Below, one piece after another: positions 41,550-49,440 of a DNA stretch of 64,000 nucleotides. The notes beneath the pieces are model-generated. The model did not search any database. It was given only the letters and a program-made list of their open reading frames with translations, and was not told the origin of the DNA. The position numbers and the translations under genes are program-made. Numbering within the stretch: position 1 is the first letter of the stretch; every line of letters starts with the position of its first letter. The stretch comes from Candidatus Bathyarchaeota archaeon (GTDB lineage Archaea; Thermoproteota; Bathyarchaeia; Bathyarchaeales; Bathycorpusculaceae). The DNA lies in NCBI GenBank assembly GCA_963832745.1, contig CAWHVC010000003.1, forward strand, positions 96,001 through 160,000, read 5' to 3'.

Positions 41550-41767
41550 AGCCCTTAAACGCCTCAATAGACATGCAACCATACAATGAAGAAACAATCA
41601 GAACCAACCACGCCAACCTAAAAAGACGCTCCATAGCAGACCTTGAAGCAATCATCGACAGCAACCACGCAAGCCTAACCACAAAAGGTTTAGCCTTCCT
41701 ACTACTGCAAAAAAGAAAACCAGCCGAAAAGCGCAAACTGCCGCCTAAGCAGTTTGTGTGTGTGTGA
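41546..41767 (+). CDS. Proviral hypothetical protein ending in a (TG)n tract
   Basis: ATG overlaps upstream TGA. Confidence 0.55.
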   Translation: MKPLNASIDMQPYNEETIRTNHANLKRRSIADLEAIIDSNHASLTTKGLAFLLLQKRKPAEKRKLPPKQFVCV

Positions 41768-41775
41768 GTGTGTGT
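41744..41775 (+). repeat. Left inverted repeat with (TG)6
   Basis: CCTAAGCAGTT(TG)6AGTGTGTGT. Confidence 0.8.
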
Positions 41776-41778
41776 ATT

Positions 41779-42132
41779 ATGAGTTGTAGCAGTCAACACT
41801 CAACCATTCTTTTCTGCCCCAAATGCCCCAACAAAAAAACACTTACATGCCAGTTCTGCAACGGAACCCAACTCAAAGCCGAACTAATCAAAGAACGCTT
41901 AGAAGTCAAAGCAAAAGACAGAAGGCGCAACTTCAAACAAGAAATAGTACACGTTTTCGTTTTCAACAACGGCTTAGTAACGACCACAGACCAAAAAGAC
42001 GATGTAATGCTTCAATTCACAGGCAAACAAGAAACCAAACTGAAAAGCATCAAACAAAGAATTGACAAACAAAAACCCTGCAAAATAACTTGGCATTCTG
42101 AAAGATGCATGAAAGAAGAGGTTTACGTCTAA
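41779..42132 (+). CDS. Proviral zinc-finger protein
   Basis: CPKC...CQFC. Confidence 0.65.
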   Translation: MSCSSQHSTILFCPKCPNKKTLTCQFCNGTQLKAELIKERLEVKAKDRRRNFKQEIVHVFVFNNGLVTTTDQKDDVMLQFTGKQETKLKSIKQRIDKQKPCKITWHSERCMKEEVYV

Positions 42133-42416
42133 TGGTAAAGGTGACGGTTCAAAGAAAATGTGAGTTGGTAATTAACCAACTCATAACAAAAGGCTTCCTA
42201 ATTCAAGTTAACCAAAATCACCTTGATGCCGCAATAATGAGAACGCTTAGAGTGATGGATAAGCGAACAATCAAGAACGTCAAAGATGCAATGGTTTGTT
42301 TGGAATACTTAACGGTAACAGCGCCAGAAGTTTACAAGCTCAATCTTGATGCAATCACAGAAAAAGCGACCCTTGAAGAACTGAAAAGCCGACAGGTGAC
42401 AATCAATGAATGCTGA
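42132..42416 (+). CDS. Proviral small protein, possibly winged-helix
   Basis: DKRTIKNVKDAMVCLEYL...VYKLN pattern; TAATG overlap. Confidence 0.6.
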   Translation: MVKVTVQRKCELVINQLITKGFLIQVNQNHLDAAIMRTLRVMDKRTIKNVKDAMVCLEYLTVTAPEVYKLNLDAITEKATLEELKSRQVTINEC

Positions 42417-42672
42417 AAGACAAGGAATCTTAGTTAACCGTTTAGACTCTATAGAAAAAGAGTATAAATGGGGTAATAAAGACAAAGCATTCCATTACTT
42501 GACGGAAATCTTGAAAGAAGTCATTAGAGAAGAAAGCCAAGATAACCAACGAATCAGCGATTTAATAAACATAACAAAAGAGCATAACGACAACATCAAC
42601 AATCACAGCCAAGCCTTAACGGAACTACAATCAAAGGAGCATGTTCATAATGGAAAGTCTAAAAATAAATAA
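42406..42672 (+). CDS. Proviral coiled-coil protein
   Basis: AGGTGA SD; heptad-like C-terminal half. Confidence 0.6.
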   Translation: MNAERQGILVNRLDSIEKEYKWGNKDKAFHYLTEILKEVIREESQDNQRISDLINITKEHNDNINNHSQALTELQSKEHVHNGKSKNK

Positions 42673-42832
42673 GAAAAGGACTTTCCGAGTACGAATAAAC
42701 CGTACAGATACAAGAAAAGGCGAACCCTACCTATCCTTAGTAGCATTAACTGATAGATACATCGAATTAGAGTTTCAAAGTGACGCTAACATACAGCCAG
42801 AACTTAAACCATTAATGGAGAGAGAAAATTGA
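42650..42832 (+). CDS. Proviral small beta-rich basic protein
   Basis: GGAG SD; overlapping ORF. Confidence 0.55.
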   Translation: MESLKINKKRTFRVRINRTDTRKGEPYLSLVALTDRYIELEFQSDANIQPELKPLMEREN

Positions 42833-42859
42833 GTATTATTCTTTCTTTCTCTAACAGTA

Positions 42860-42887
42860 ACACACACTCACACACACAAACTTTAGG
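42860..42887 (-). repeat. Right inverted repeat with (TG)5
   Basis: ACACACACT(CA)5AACTTTAGG is the reverse complement of CCTAAAGTT(TG)5AGTGTGTGT. Confidence 0.8.
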
Positions 42888-42974
42888 TAAGGAAATGAAG
42901 CGGTCTTTAGAGGTTCATTGGAACGGAAAAATTCCTTTGCCTAAAACCGTTAAAACCTTCTTAGGAGCTAAACA

Positions 42975-43610
42975 ATGACAATTTTTCCACGCCTAACCAT
43001 GCCAGCAAACCGAGTTTACAAAGATTGCTGGGCAATCATCGGAATGCGGCAAAGCGGCAAAACAAATTTTCTAAAATGGCTCTTAAGCCAAAGCCACGCA
43101 AGATATACAATCTTTAACACAATCGGCGCAATCAAAGATTGGCAACCACTACACCCCAAAATTCAACGCATCGTCACCCCTAACGGCTGGGAAGATATAC
43201 AAGCATGTTTCAGCAAAACAGCTAAAGAAGTATGGAAGCAAGGCAATCAACAATTCATTATTGACGATATCGCAGTAAGGCACGATGTAAAAGGCAAACT
43301 TAAGCCCTTTTTAACTGATAAGTTTTGGATGCATAGCGAGCTTGCTAAAATAATGAATCAAGGCGGCAACCGAAATATCAGTTTATGGTTAAAGGCTCAA
43401 AGAGTCGCACAAGTTCACAACGACCTATTAAGCAACTGCGACCACCATGTAATCTTTAAGCTCTATTTGCCGCAAGATATTGATTGGTATTCTGGCGTAA
43501 TTCCAAAAACGGTTGTTGAAGCAAGCAAAGACCTTCCCGAACACGAATTTATTTATTACAGGCTGGGCGAGCAACCACAGTTTTGCAAAGCCGTTAAAAG
43601 GATGGTCTAA
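42975..43610 (+). CDS. Viral genome-packaging ATPase (FtsK-HerA/A32-like)
   Basis: Walker A GMRQSGKT, Walker B FIIDD, ISLWLKAQR motif; ~210 aa; directly upstream of the MCP. Confidence 0.82.
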   Translation: MTIFPRLTMPANRVYKDCWAIIGMRQSGKTNFLKWLLSQSHARYTIFNTIGAIKDWQPLHPKIQRIVTPNGWEDIQACFSKTAKEVWKQGNQQFIIDDIAVRHDVKGKLKPFLTDKFWMHSELAKIMNQGGNRNISLWLKAQRVAQVHNDLLSNCDHHVIFKLYLPQDIDWYSGVIPKTVVEASKDLPEHEFIYYRLGEQPQFCKAVKRMV

Positions 43611-43756
43611 CCGTCAAGACCTGACCGCCTTACAGACTTCCAAACCCCTTTTTACAGACTTCCAACTTTAAGCGACTCTTTTTAAACATTACGACAACCG
43701 TTCTTAAGAGGGCAAAAAGATACGGTTTACGAAAAGTTTTAGGAGAAAACGTAAAA

Positions 43757-44632
43757 GTGGCATTTAGAAAAATATTTGAAAAATTCTCCATAAAAACCGA
43801 TAAAATAAAAGCAAATACACTAAGCTCAACCACACAAAGCACCGCAGACACAGCCGAAACCGTCACCCTTGAACTCCCCAAAAACAAACTCATTTACGGC
43901 GTTGACCTAAGAGTAACCAAAGACACAGACAGCACACTCGTTGACAACATCAACGAAATAAGAGTATTCCTAAACGGCAACCTCATAATCAAAAAATACG
44001 CTGGCGTTGTCGCAAAAGCAATCGCACTTTTGAACGGTCAAAAATGTTCAACAGGCTTCTACAAAATCTATTTTGTTGACCCACAACTCGGCGGCTCACC
44101 AATCCCAGCAGACGCATTAACCACATTCACTGTGGAAATTGATGTTGCAAAGGCAGGCGCAGGCGTAAAGAACGTTATCACACCAACATTGCTGGAAGGC
44201 TTCAAAGAATCTTTCCCACTGGCACTTAACAAAATCTTAGTTGAAAAATACAGCATTTCCAAAGCATACGGAACCGACACAGGCGAACAAGAATACGGTC
44301 ACGAAAGAACCCAAGACATTCTCGGCTTAATCTACGACTTAGGCGATAACGGCACACGAAGCGACACAGCATTCAGTTACTTAACCCTTGAAGGCAAAAG
44401 CCGCACCGAAGAAATCACCCCATACAGCAAAATGGCATTCAACCAAATTAAAGAACTCAACACCCAAGAAAGCAACGGAAACGCCCTTGCAACTGGAATC
44501 TTTGCTTTAACCTTCCCCGAAGGATTAGCCAGTTACAGATTCACCGAACTAAGAAGCCTCTTGAACATTGCCAGCGCTGGAACCAACTGCACAGCCAAAG
44601 TAATTGAGCGCTTCCTAATCAGCGCCCAATAA
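43757..44632 (+). CDS. Double-jelly-roll major capsid protein (STIV B345-like)
   Basis: LELPKNKLIYGVDLRV, IPADALTTFTVEI, KILVE and KMAFNQIKELNTQE..ATGIFALTF parallel recalled STIV MCP segments (IPRNNFIRKIRV, FPATMVQNIILSI, KVIE, KVSWAALQAENQAE..ASAIIDF). Confidence 0.78.
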   Translation: MAFRKIFEKFSIKTDKIKANTLSSTTQSTADTAETVTLELPKNKLIYGVDLRVTKDTDSTLVDNINEIRVFLNGNLIIKKYAGVVAKAIALLNGQKCSTGFYKIYFVDPQLGGSPIPADALTTFTVEIDVAKAGAGVKNVITPTLLEGFKESFPLALNKILVEKYSISKAYGTDTGEQEYGHERTQDILGLIYDLGDNGTRSDTAFSYLTLEGKSRTEEITPYSKMAFNQIKELNTQESNGNALATGIFALTFPEGLASYRFTELRSLLNIASAGTNCTAKVIERFLISAQ

Positions 44633-44648
44633 GGTGAGGTGAAAAAAC

Positions 44649-44882
44649 ATGGCACAACAAGTTAAATCCCAAGTTCAAACCCTAAGCAACCGCCTTTTCA
44701 CTTTAGGCGGCACTCACCGAGCAGGTCAACACAGCCTAACAGACGGCGAAATCGTTTGCGCCGCAATCGCAGGCATAATGATTTTTGCCCCTTCAATGTG
44801 GGCGAAAATGCCACTTGTCGGCAAATACGGAAGCGCAATGATAGCCTTTGCAATCATGGTAATCGCCTTCATAATTTGGTAA
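44649..44882 (+). CDS. Viral small membrane protein
   Basis: GAGGTGA SD; two TM helices. Confidence 0.75.
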   Translation: MAQQVKSQVQTLSNRLFTLGGTHRAGQHSLTDGEIVCAAIAGIMIFAPSMWAKMPLVGKYGSAMIAFAIMVIAFIIW

Positions 44883-44896
44883 GGAGCCCCGAGAAA

Positions 44897-44968
44897 ATGC
44901 CACAAAAAAACATGATTTTGATTGCAGTAGCGGCTTTGCTACTGCTCAGCTTTATGAACTGGCTCTAA
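44897..44968 (+). CDS. Viral 23-aa hydrophobic peptide
   Basis: MPQKNMILIAVAALLLLSFMNWL downstream of AGGAG. Confidence 0.45.
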   Translation: MPQKNMILIAVAALLLLSFMNWL

Positions 44969-45018
44969 GTCAGTTCACCCCACTTTTTTTAGTTAAAATT
45001 TAAGGGAGAACTTCAAAA

Positions 45019-45278
45019 ATGTACAAACTTCAAGCTCCAAAAATAAAATTAAGCCCTTTTTCAACGATTCGAGCCGTTGCAGAAGGGGCAAGCGTAAAGT
45101 CCAAAACTGGAAGGATGAAGTTGCAGACGCAGGCATTATCGCAGGCGTAACCTTTTTCGGCACTATAGGCGGTACGGCGGCAACAGGTGCGGCAAACATT
45201 GAAGGTGCATTGATAGCGGCTGGAAGCATATTCTTTACAATTCTTGCATTGAAACGAGGCTTAGTTAAGGAAGAATAA
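45019..45278 (+). CDS. Viral membrane protein requiring a -1 frameshift at C CCT TTT (45054-45060)
   Basis: ATG 45019 after GGGAG; -1 frame encodes DAGIIAGVTFFGT...ALIAAGSIFFTILALKRG and has no start codon upstream of this domain. Confidence 0.55.
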
Positions 45279-45280
45279 TC

Positions 45281-45505
45281 ATGGTTGCCGCCGCAGTTTT
45301 AGCCGCCCTTGACATCACAGCCGAGGCATGGAAGCGCTTAACGCCAGAGCAAAAGAAGAAACTTAGAGCGAAATATGACGAGGGCGCAAAAGGATTAGCT
45401 AAAGCATGGGCTAAAACTTGGGCTAAAAATACAAAAAACGCAAAAAAGACCGTTAAAACGGTTTCTAAGACTTTTGCAAAGAAAAAGGGCAAGGGGAAAC
45501 GCTAA
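45281..45505 (+). CDS. Viral small Lys-rich basic protein (possible genome-condensing protein)
   Basis: 74 aa, very Lys/Ala-rich. Confidence 0.65.
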   Translation: MVAAAVLAALDITAEAWKRLTPEQKKKLRAKYDEGAKGLAKAWAKTWAKNTKNAKKTVKTVSKTFAKKKGKGKR

Positions 45506-45507
45506 AA

Positions 45508-46302
45508 ATGGTTTGGATTAACCATCAAACCCCCAGCAACTACACAAACCGCCATAGAGATTGGTATCAAGGCGTTTTTCAAGGGGTAGTACACGCTTTT
45601 GCATTGTCAGAAGAATACCGCTATTATCTAAGCATGGAAAAAGAATGCGTAGAAATCAATGCTTGGTTTGCGGCTGACTTCTTAGGCATTCTTAGCTGGC
45701 TGAAAAACTTTTTAATTGACACCAAACGCAAAGCATACCAAAACGGTTACGTTGACGCATACGACCAAGCCGCCCTTTCAGCTTGTAAGGTCATGGAGTC
45801 AACCGAAGGACAAGCCAAAGAGCTTCTTAACAGCATAAACAACGCCTACAACAAAGCCATTTCTGAATCTCAAAAAATGGTTACAAACGTCAGCGACTAC
45901 ATTAACAAGAACATAACCCCCGCCCTAAGTGATGCCCAAACCGCAGTTTCAAACATTAAAACCCAAGTAAACGGCGTTGTAACCCAAATTAACGGCATAA
46001 GCTCACAAGCTCAAAGCGCTCTTAACAACGCAAAAACAGCCTTATCCAACGCCGACAGCGCAGTAAATTACATCAATAACACGATTGTGCCGAGTCTAAA
46101 CAACAAGACAAAGCAGATTGACAGCCTTTTAAGTGATGCACAGAGCAAAGCCAGCCAAATAAGCGTTTTAGGCGTTGACATCGGCAAAGTCAAAGAACGT
46201 TTAGCGGCTTTAGAGAAAGGGCAAACCGTAACCACTGGAAGCACAAGCCCAACCGACAGCATCAAAGACACAATTTCCTCAATTTTTAGACCAAAAAATT
46301 AA
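45508..46302 (+). CDS. Viral coiled-coil structural protein
   Basis: Long heptad region with an internal repeat (DYINKNITPAL / NYINNTIVPSL). Confidence 0.7.
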   Translation: MVWINHQTPSNYTNRHRDWYQGVFQGVVHAFALSEEYRYYLSMEKECVEINAWFAADFLGILSWLKNFLIDTKRKAYQNGYVDAYDQAALSACKVMESTEGQAKELLNSINNAYNKAISESQKMVTNVSDYINKNITPALSDAQTAVSNIKTQVNGVVTQINGISSQAQSALNNAKTALSNADSAVNYINNTIVPSLNNKTKQIDSLLSDAQSKASQISVLGVDIGKVKERLAALEKGQTVTTGSTSPTDSIKDTISSIFRPKN

Positions 46303-46323
46303 CTTTTTCGGAGAGAAAAAAAA

Positions 46324-46482
46324 TTGTTTGACCTACAAAACTTTAACATTGAAACTTTGAAAAATTTAGCAAACCAACACCAAAAAGAGTTAATCATAGT
46401 GGCTCTTGTGGGTGCGGCTTTGCTGTTAGTTTGTATTGCCAAAAAGCAAAAAGTATCACTTAGCGAGGTAGCCAACGCATGA
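46324..46482 (+). CDS. Viral small single-TM protein (52 aa)
   Basis: TTG start after GGAG; LIIVALVGAALLLVCIAKK; ATGA overlap with next gene. Confidence 0.6.
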   Translation: MFDLQNFNIETLKNLANQHQKELIIVALVGAALLLVCIAKKQKVSLSEVANA

Positions 46483-47060
46483 CCGTAATTGACAGCTTCT
46501 TTGATTGGCTTGAAGCCATAGTCAAGCCTAAGCCAGCAACAACTCAGCCCACAGAGACAGGTTTTGAACTGCAACCCGTCATAGAACAAACCGTCATAGC
46601 ACCCAACCCAACCCCAGCCGAAACAATACAGCCATTAACACCAATCACGCCAGCCGACCCCGAACCAACAACCCAACCCAGCACACCCTTTAACAGCTTC
46701 ACTTACAACGATAGCCCAACAGTGACCCCAACGGCAACCCAGCAAACGGCAACACCCCCAGCAGACGCAACACAAGCGCCAGTAGGCAAAGGAATTTGGC
46801 AAATAAACTTGAACTATGGCTTCATAAGGAAAGTCAACGAGCCAGAGGACTATCACTTAGAATATGGCGGCGCTAACGGTACACGCTTTGATATTGGCAC
46901 TGTCGGAATTTACGCAGATGGCATTAACAAAGCTGGCGTTCTTAGCAAAGCTGACATGATAGAGCATCAAGCCAAAGGCGGCAACATTGCAAAAGCTGAA
47001 TCTGGCTGGAATAAGGCGGCAATAGCTGACGCAGAAACCTTAAGGAGGGTTGTTCAATGA
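46479..47060 (+). CDS. Viral structural protein with Pro/Thr-rich stalk
   Basis: GAGGT SD; amphipathic N-terminus, P/T linker, globular C-terminus. Confidence 0.7.
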   Translation: MTVIDSFFDWLEAIVKPKPATTQPTETGFELQPVIEQTVIAPNPTPAETIQPLTPITPADPEPTTQPSTPFNSFTYNDSPTVTPTATQQTATPPADATQAPVGKGIWQINLNYGFIRKVNEPEDYHLEYGGANGTRFDIGTVGIYADGINKAGVLSKADMIEHQAKGGNIAKAESGWNKAAIADAETLRRVVQ

Positions 47061-47806
47061 ACGACACAATAAACGTAACCGTCACAACAACACAAACAGT
47101 CACGCCAATTCAAGGCAAAAAGTACATGATGGTAACCGTTGGCGCTGTTGACGTTCTTGTTAAGACTTGCAAACAGCAAAGTGTTAATGAGGATGGCGAG
47201 TTTTTCAAGCTCAAAGCAAACGGCGTTTACACCCTAAAAGCTGACAACGGCGTTTTCTTCTACGTTATCTGCAAAACTGCCGCTGGCTCAAGTACCCTTG
47301 AGATTGTTGCAAGCAATGACGAACTCTTTTTTCTAAACGACCCCTCGTCATTAGCACAAATTACGCCATACATCTTTAAAGGCACTGGCGGCGCTGTTCC
47401 TGACAACACAAGCCTATACGATGCCCTCACATGGAAACTTCAAAATCCCCCCGCATACATAAATCAAGAAAATCCAGTTCAAAATCAGTATTATACGGTT
47501 CTTGATAGTACTGTGCCAACTCGTATTAAGCAAATGGGTTTTCGTGTTGACACAACAGGCGAAACCGTACTTTGTCGAGTAACTATCGATGGTTTTGTTG
47601 TTTCTGCCGCTCCAAGAGTTGCTACAGCGGGGTCAATGTATTGGTGCTATTTTCAACCTGACTTAGATGGCAACGCTGTTTACAATAGCAGTACACTACC
47701 TACCCCAAACTGGCTTGAAGGCAAGACATTGAAAGTTGAAATTTGCAAAACGACAAATGCGGGCAATGGAAATATTCGTTGTGTTGTAGCTTACGAGACA
47801 AGGTGA
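47057..47806 (+). CDS. Viral beta-rich protein, candidate penton/spike
   Basis: GGAGG SD; two beta-strand-rich domains. Confidence 0.65.
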   Translation: MNDTINVTVTTTQTVTPIQGKKYMMVTVGAVDVLVKTCKQQSVNEDGEFFKLKANGVYTLKADNGVFFYVICKTAAGSSTLEIVASNDELFFLNDPSSLAQITPYIFKGTGGAVPDNTSLYDALTWKLQNPPAYINQENPVQNQYYTVLDSTVPTRIKQMGFRVDTTGETVLCRVTIDGFVVSAAPRVATAGSMYWCYFQPDLDGNAVYNSSTLPTPNWLEGKTLKVEICKTTNAGNGNIRCVVAYETR

Positions 47807-47810
47807 TTTT

Positions 47811-48224
47811 TTGAAGCCTTCTTTTTCTTTTTTGGCGGCTATCGGCTGTTTTGGCTTTGCAGTTTTGCTTTTTACACGCATGGACTACCTTGTTAACAAT
47901 ACGCTCTATAAACATGGCTTAAAATTCAGTGATGAATGGTACAGCGAGTACAGTTTGTTGTATGCGTTGCTGTTTCAGTTGACGATTGCTTTGATTTATT
48001 TGTGGACTCGTAGCTGGAAACTTTGCTTAGTTCTTGAAGCCTTTGTCTTGTCAAGCTGTCAGGACTTTGTTTATTTTGGTCTTTGGGAAGGCGGCAAGTT
48101 TCCGTCAGGGGATTGGGATTGGATGCCGTTGTTTAAGACTTTTGGGCATTGGACTACTAAAGACCAGTTAGCGTTTAGTGGTTTGGCGTTGGCTGGGGCT
48201 GGCGTTGTGGCGAAGGTGGCTTAA
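47811..48224 (+). CDS. Viral integral membrane protein
   Basis: AGGTGA SD; 3-4 TMs, QDFVYFGLW. Confidence 0.7.
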   Translation: MKPSFSFLAAIGCFGFAVLLFTRMDYLVNNTLYKHGLKFSDEWYSEYSLLYALLFQLTIALIYLWTRSWKLCLVLEAFVLSSCQDFVYFGLWEGGKFPSGDWDWMPLFKTFGHWTTKDQLAFSGLALAGAGVVAKVA

Positions 48225-48226
48225 AA

Positions 48227-48874
48227 GTGGGTTTGTTTGATTCCTTTTTTTCACCGAATCCCCCGACTCCAAGCGGCAAGAGTTGCACGGGTTGTTTTTG
48301 GAGTGGCTATCAAGGCAAGATTTGCCGAAAACCCGTTAAGCCTGCACCGATTTTAAACGTTGGACATGCTGATTTGTGCGTTAATTATACGACTACGCCG
48401 CCCACTTTTGACAGCACAACTTACACGGCTGTTGAAGCGGTTAAGACGGCGGTTGATGAAAACAAGATAGCTTTATTGGCAAAACCGACTTTTAGCACGG
48501 TGACGGCGAGTGATAACCTTTTGGTTAGTAGTGATGCTGAAATCGTTACGACTTTGACGGTGTACACTAAGTTTAAGGAGTTTAGGGTACAGGTGAACGG
48601 CAAATACAGGGTAACGTTTGATTTGACAATTGTTGGTACGTATGGCACTTACAGTGCTTTTGGACAGGTTTGGAAAAATGGCGCTCCTTATGGAGTTGAA
48701 GCTACAAATAATTCGGGAAATTGGCATACTCGGAGTGATGATTTGGATTTTGTTGTTGGCGATTTGGTGCAGTTGTACGGCAAAGTCTATGTTAGCGGTA
48801 TTGAGTGTCACTTGAAGAATTTTAGGTTGTACGGTTCTATTTCTGGCAATGTTGCCTTTGAAAACCCTGTTTAA
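48227..48874 (+). CDS. Viral protein with N-terminal Cys motif and C-terminal beta-sandwich, candidate receptor-binding protein
   Basis: CTGC..C..C; YRVTFDL, DFVVGDLVQLYG. Confidence 0.65.
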   Translation: MGLFDSFFSPNPPTPSGKSCTGCFWSGYQGKICRKPVKPAPILNVGHADLCVNYTTTPPTFDSTTYTAVEAVKTAVDENKIALLAKPTFSTVTASDNLLVSSDAEIVTTLTVYTKFKEFRVQVNGKYRVTFDLTIVGTYGTYSAFGQVWKNGAPYGVEATNNSGNWHTRSDDLDFVVGDLVQLYGKVYVSGIECHLKNFRLYGSISGNVAFENPV

Positions 48875-48876
48875 AC

Positions 48877-49059
48877 CTATGTTTCACCCAGCTTTTTTAT
48901 TTTTGTCTCAACGGATGGTTTGCCTTCGTTGGCACACCAGCGATATAGTTTAGAAATGCTGTCTATTCCGATTTTTTCAAGTATTTTCTTGTTCTCGTTG
49001 AATAAATTTGTAAATTCTTTGTAGTCTTTGGGGGGGATGCGTATTGTTGTTGCTGGCAT
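48877..49059 (-). CDS. Ribbon-helix-helix-like regulator (candidate repressor)
   Basis: TTIRIP...GIDSISKL; only credible minus-strand proviral gene, divergent from the integrase. Confidence 0.6.
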   Translation of the reverse strand: MPATTIRIPPKDYKEFTNLFNENKKILEKIGIDSISKLYRWCANEGKPSVETKIKKLGET

Positions 49060-49440
49060 GGTTGCTTTGATAGGTTGTAAATGGTTTTATTGTTTTTGAT
49101 ATGGTTGTAAACGTTTGTGATTTTTTGATTACATTAATATACGTGGCTGGTTTTTTTCATTTTAACTGTAGTCTCTTAGGTTGGAACTATCAGTTCTAAC
49201 ACACCGTTTAAGAACAGCAAAAAGGTTTGATGGCTGAAAACAATCCTTAGGAAAGTAGGCAACGCCGCCCCAAAAAGACATTTGGTGACATCAGATTGAT
49301 GCGGTCTTGCCTACTCCCCTTACTCATTTTCTTTTGAAGTCTTATTAAGCCTTTCTCCAAAACTCGAGGTATTCTCAAAACGGTTAAGGGTTAACGTTTA
49401 TATGCTAACTTGCCTCTTCCTATGGCTTGGTGACATCGGA

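Noticed and set aside
47057-48874. Diversity-generating retroelement acting on spike genes
   Set aside because: No reverse transcriptase and no template/variable repeat pair seen
49402-49440. Longer integrase start given by the ORF track
   Set aside because: The ATG overlaps the TATA-like box; TTG at 49441 has an SD and mirrors the 39408 leader
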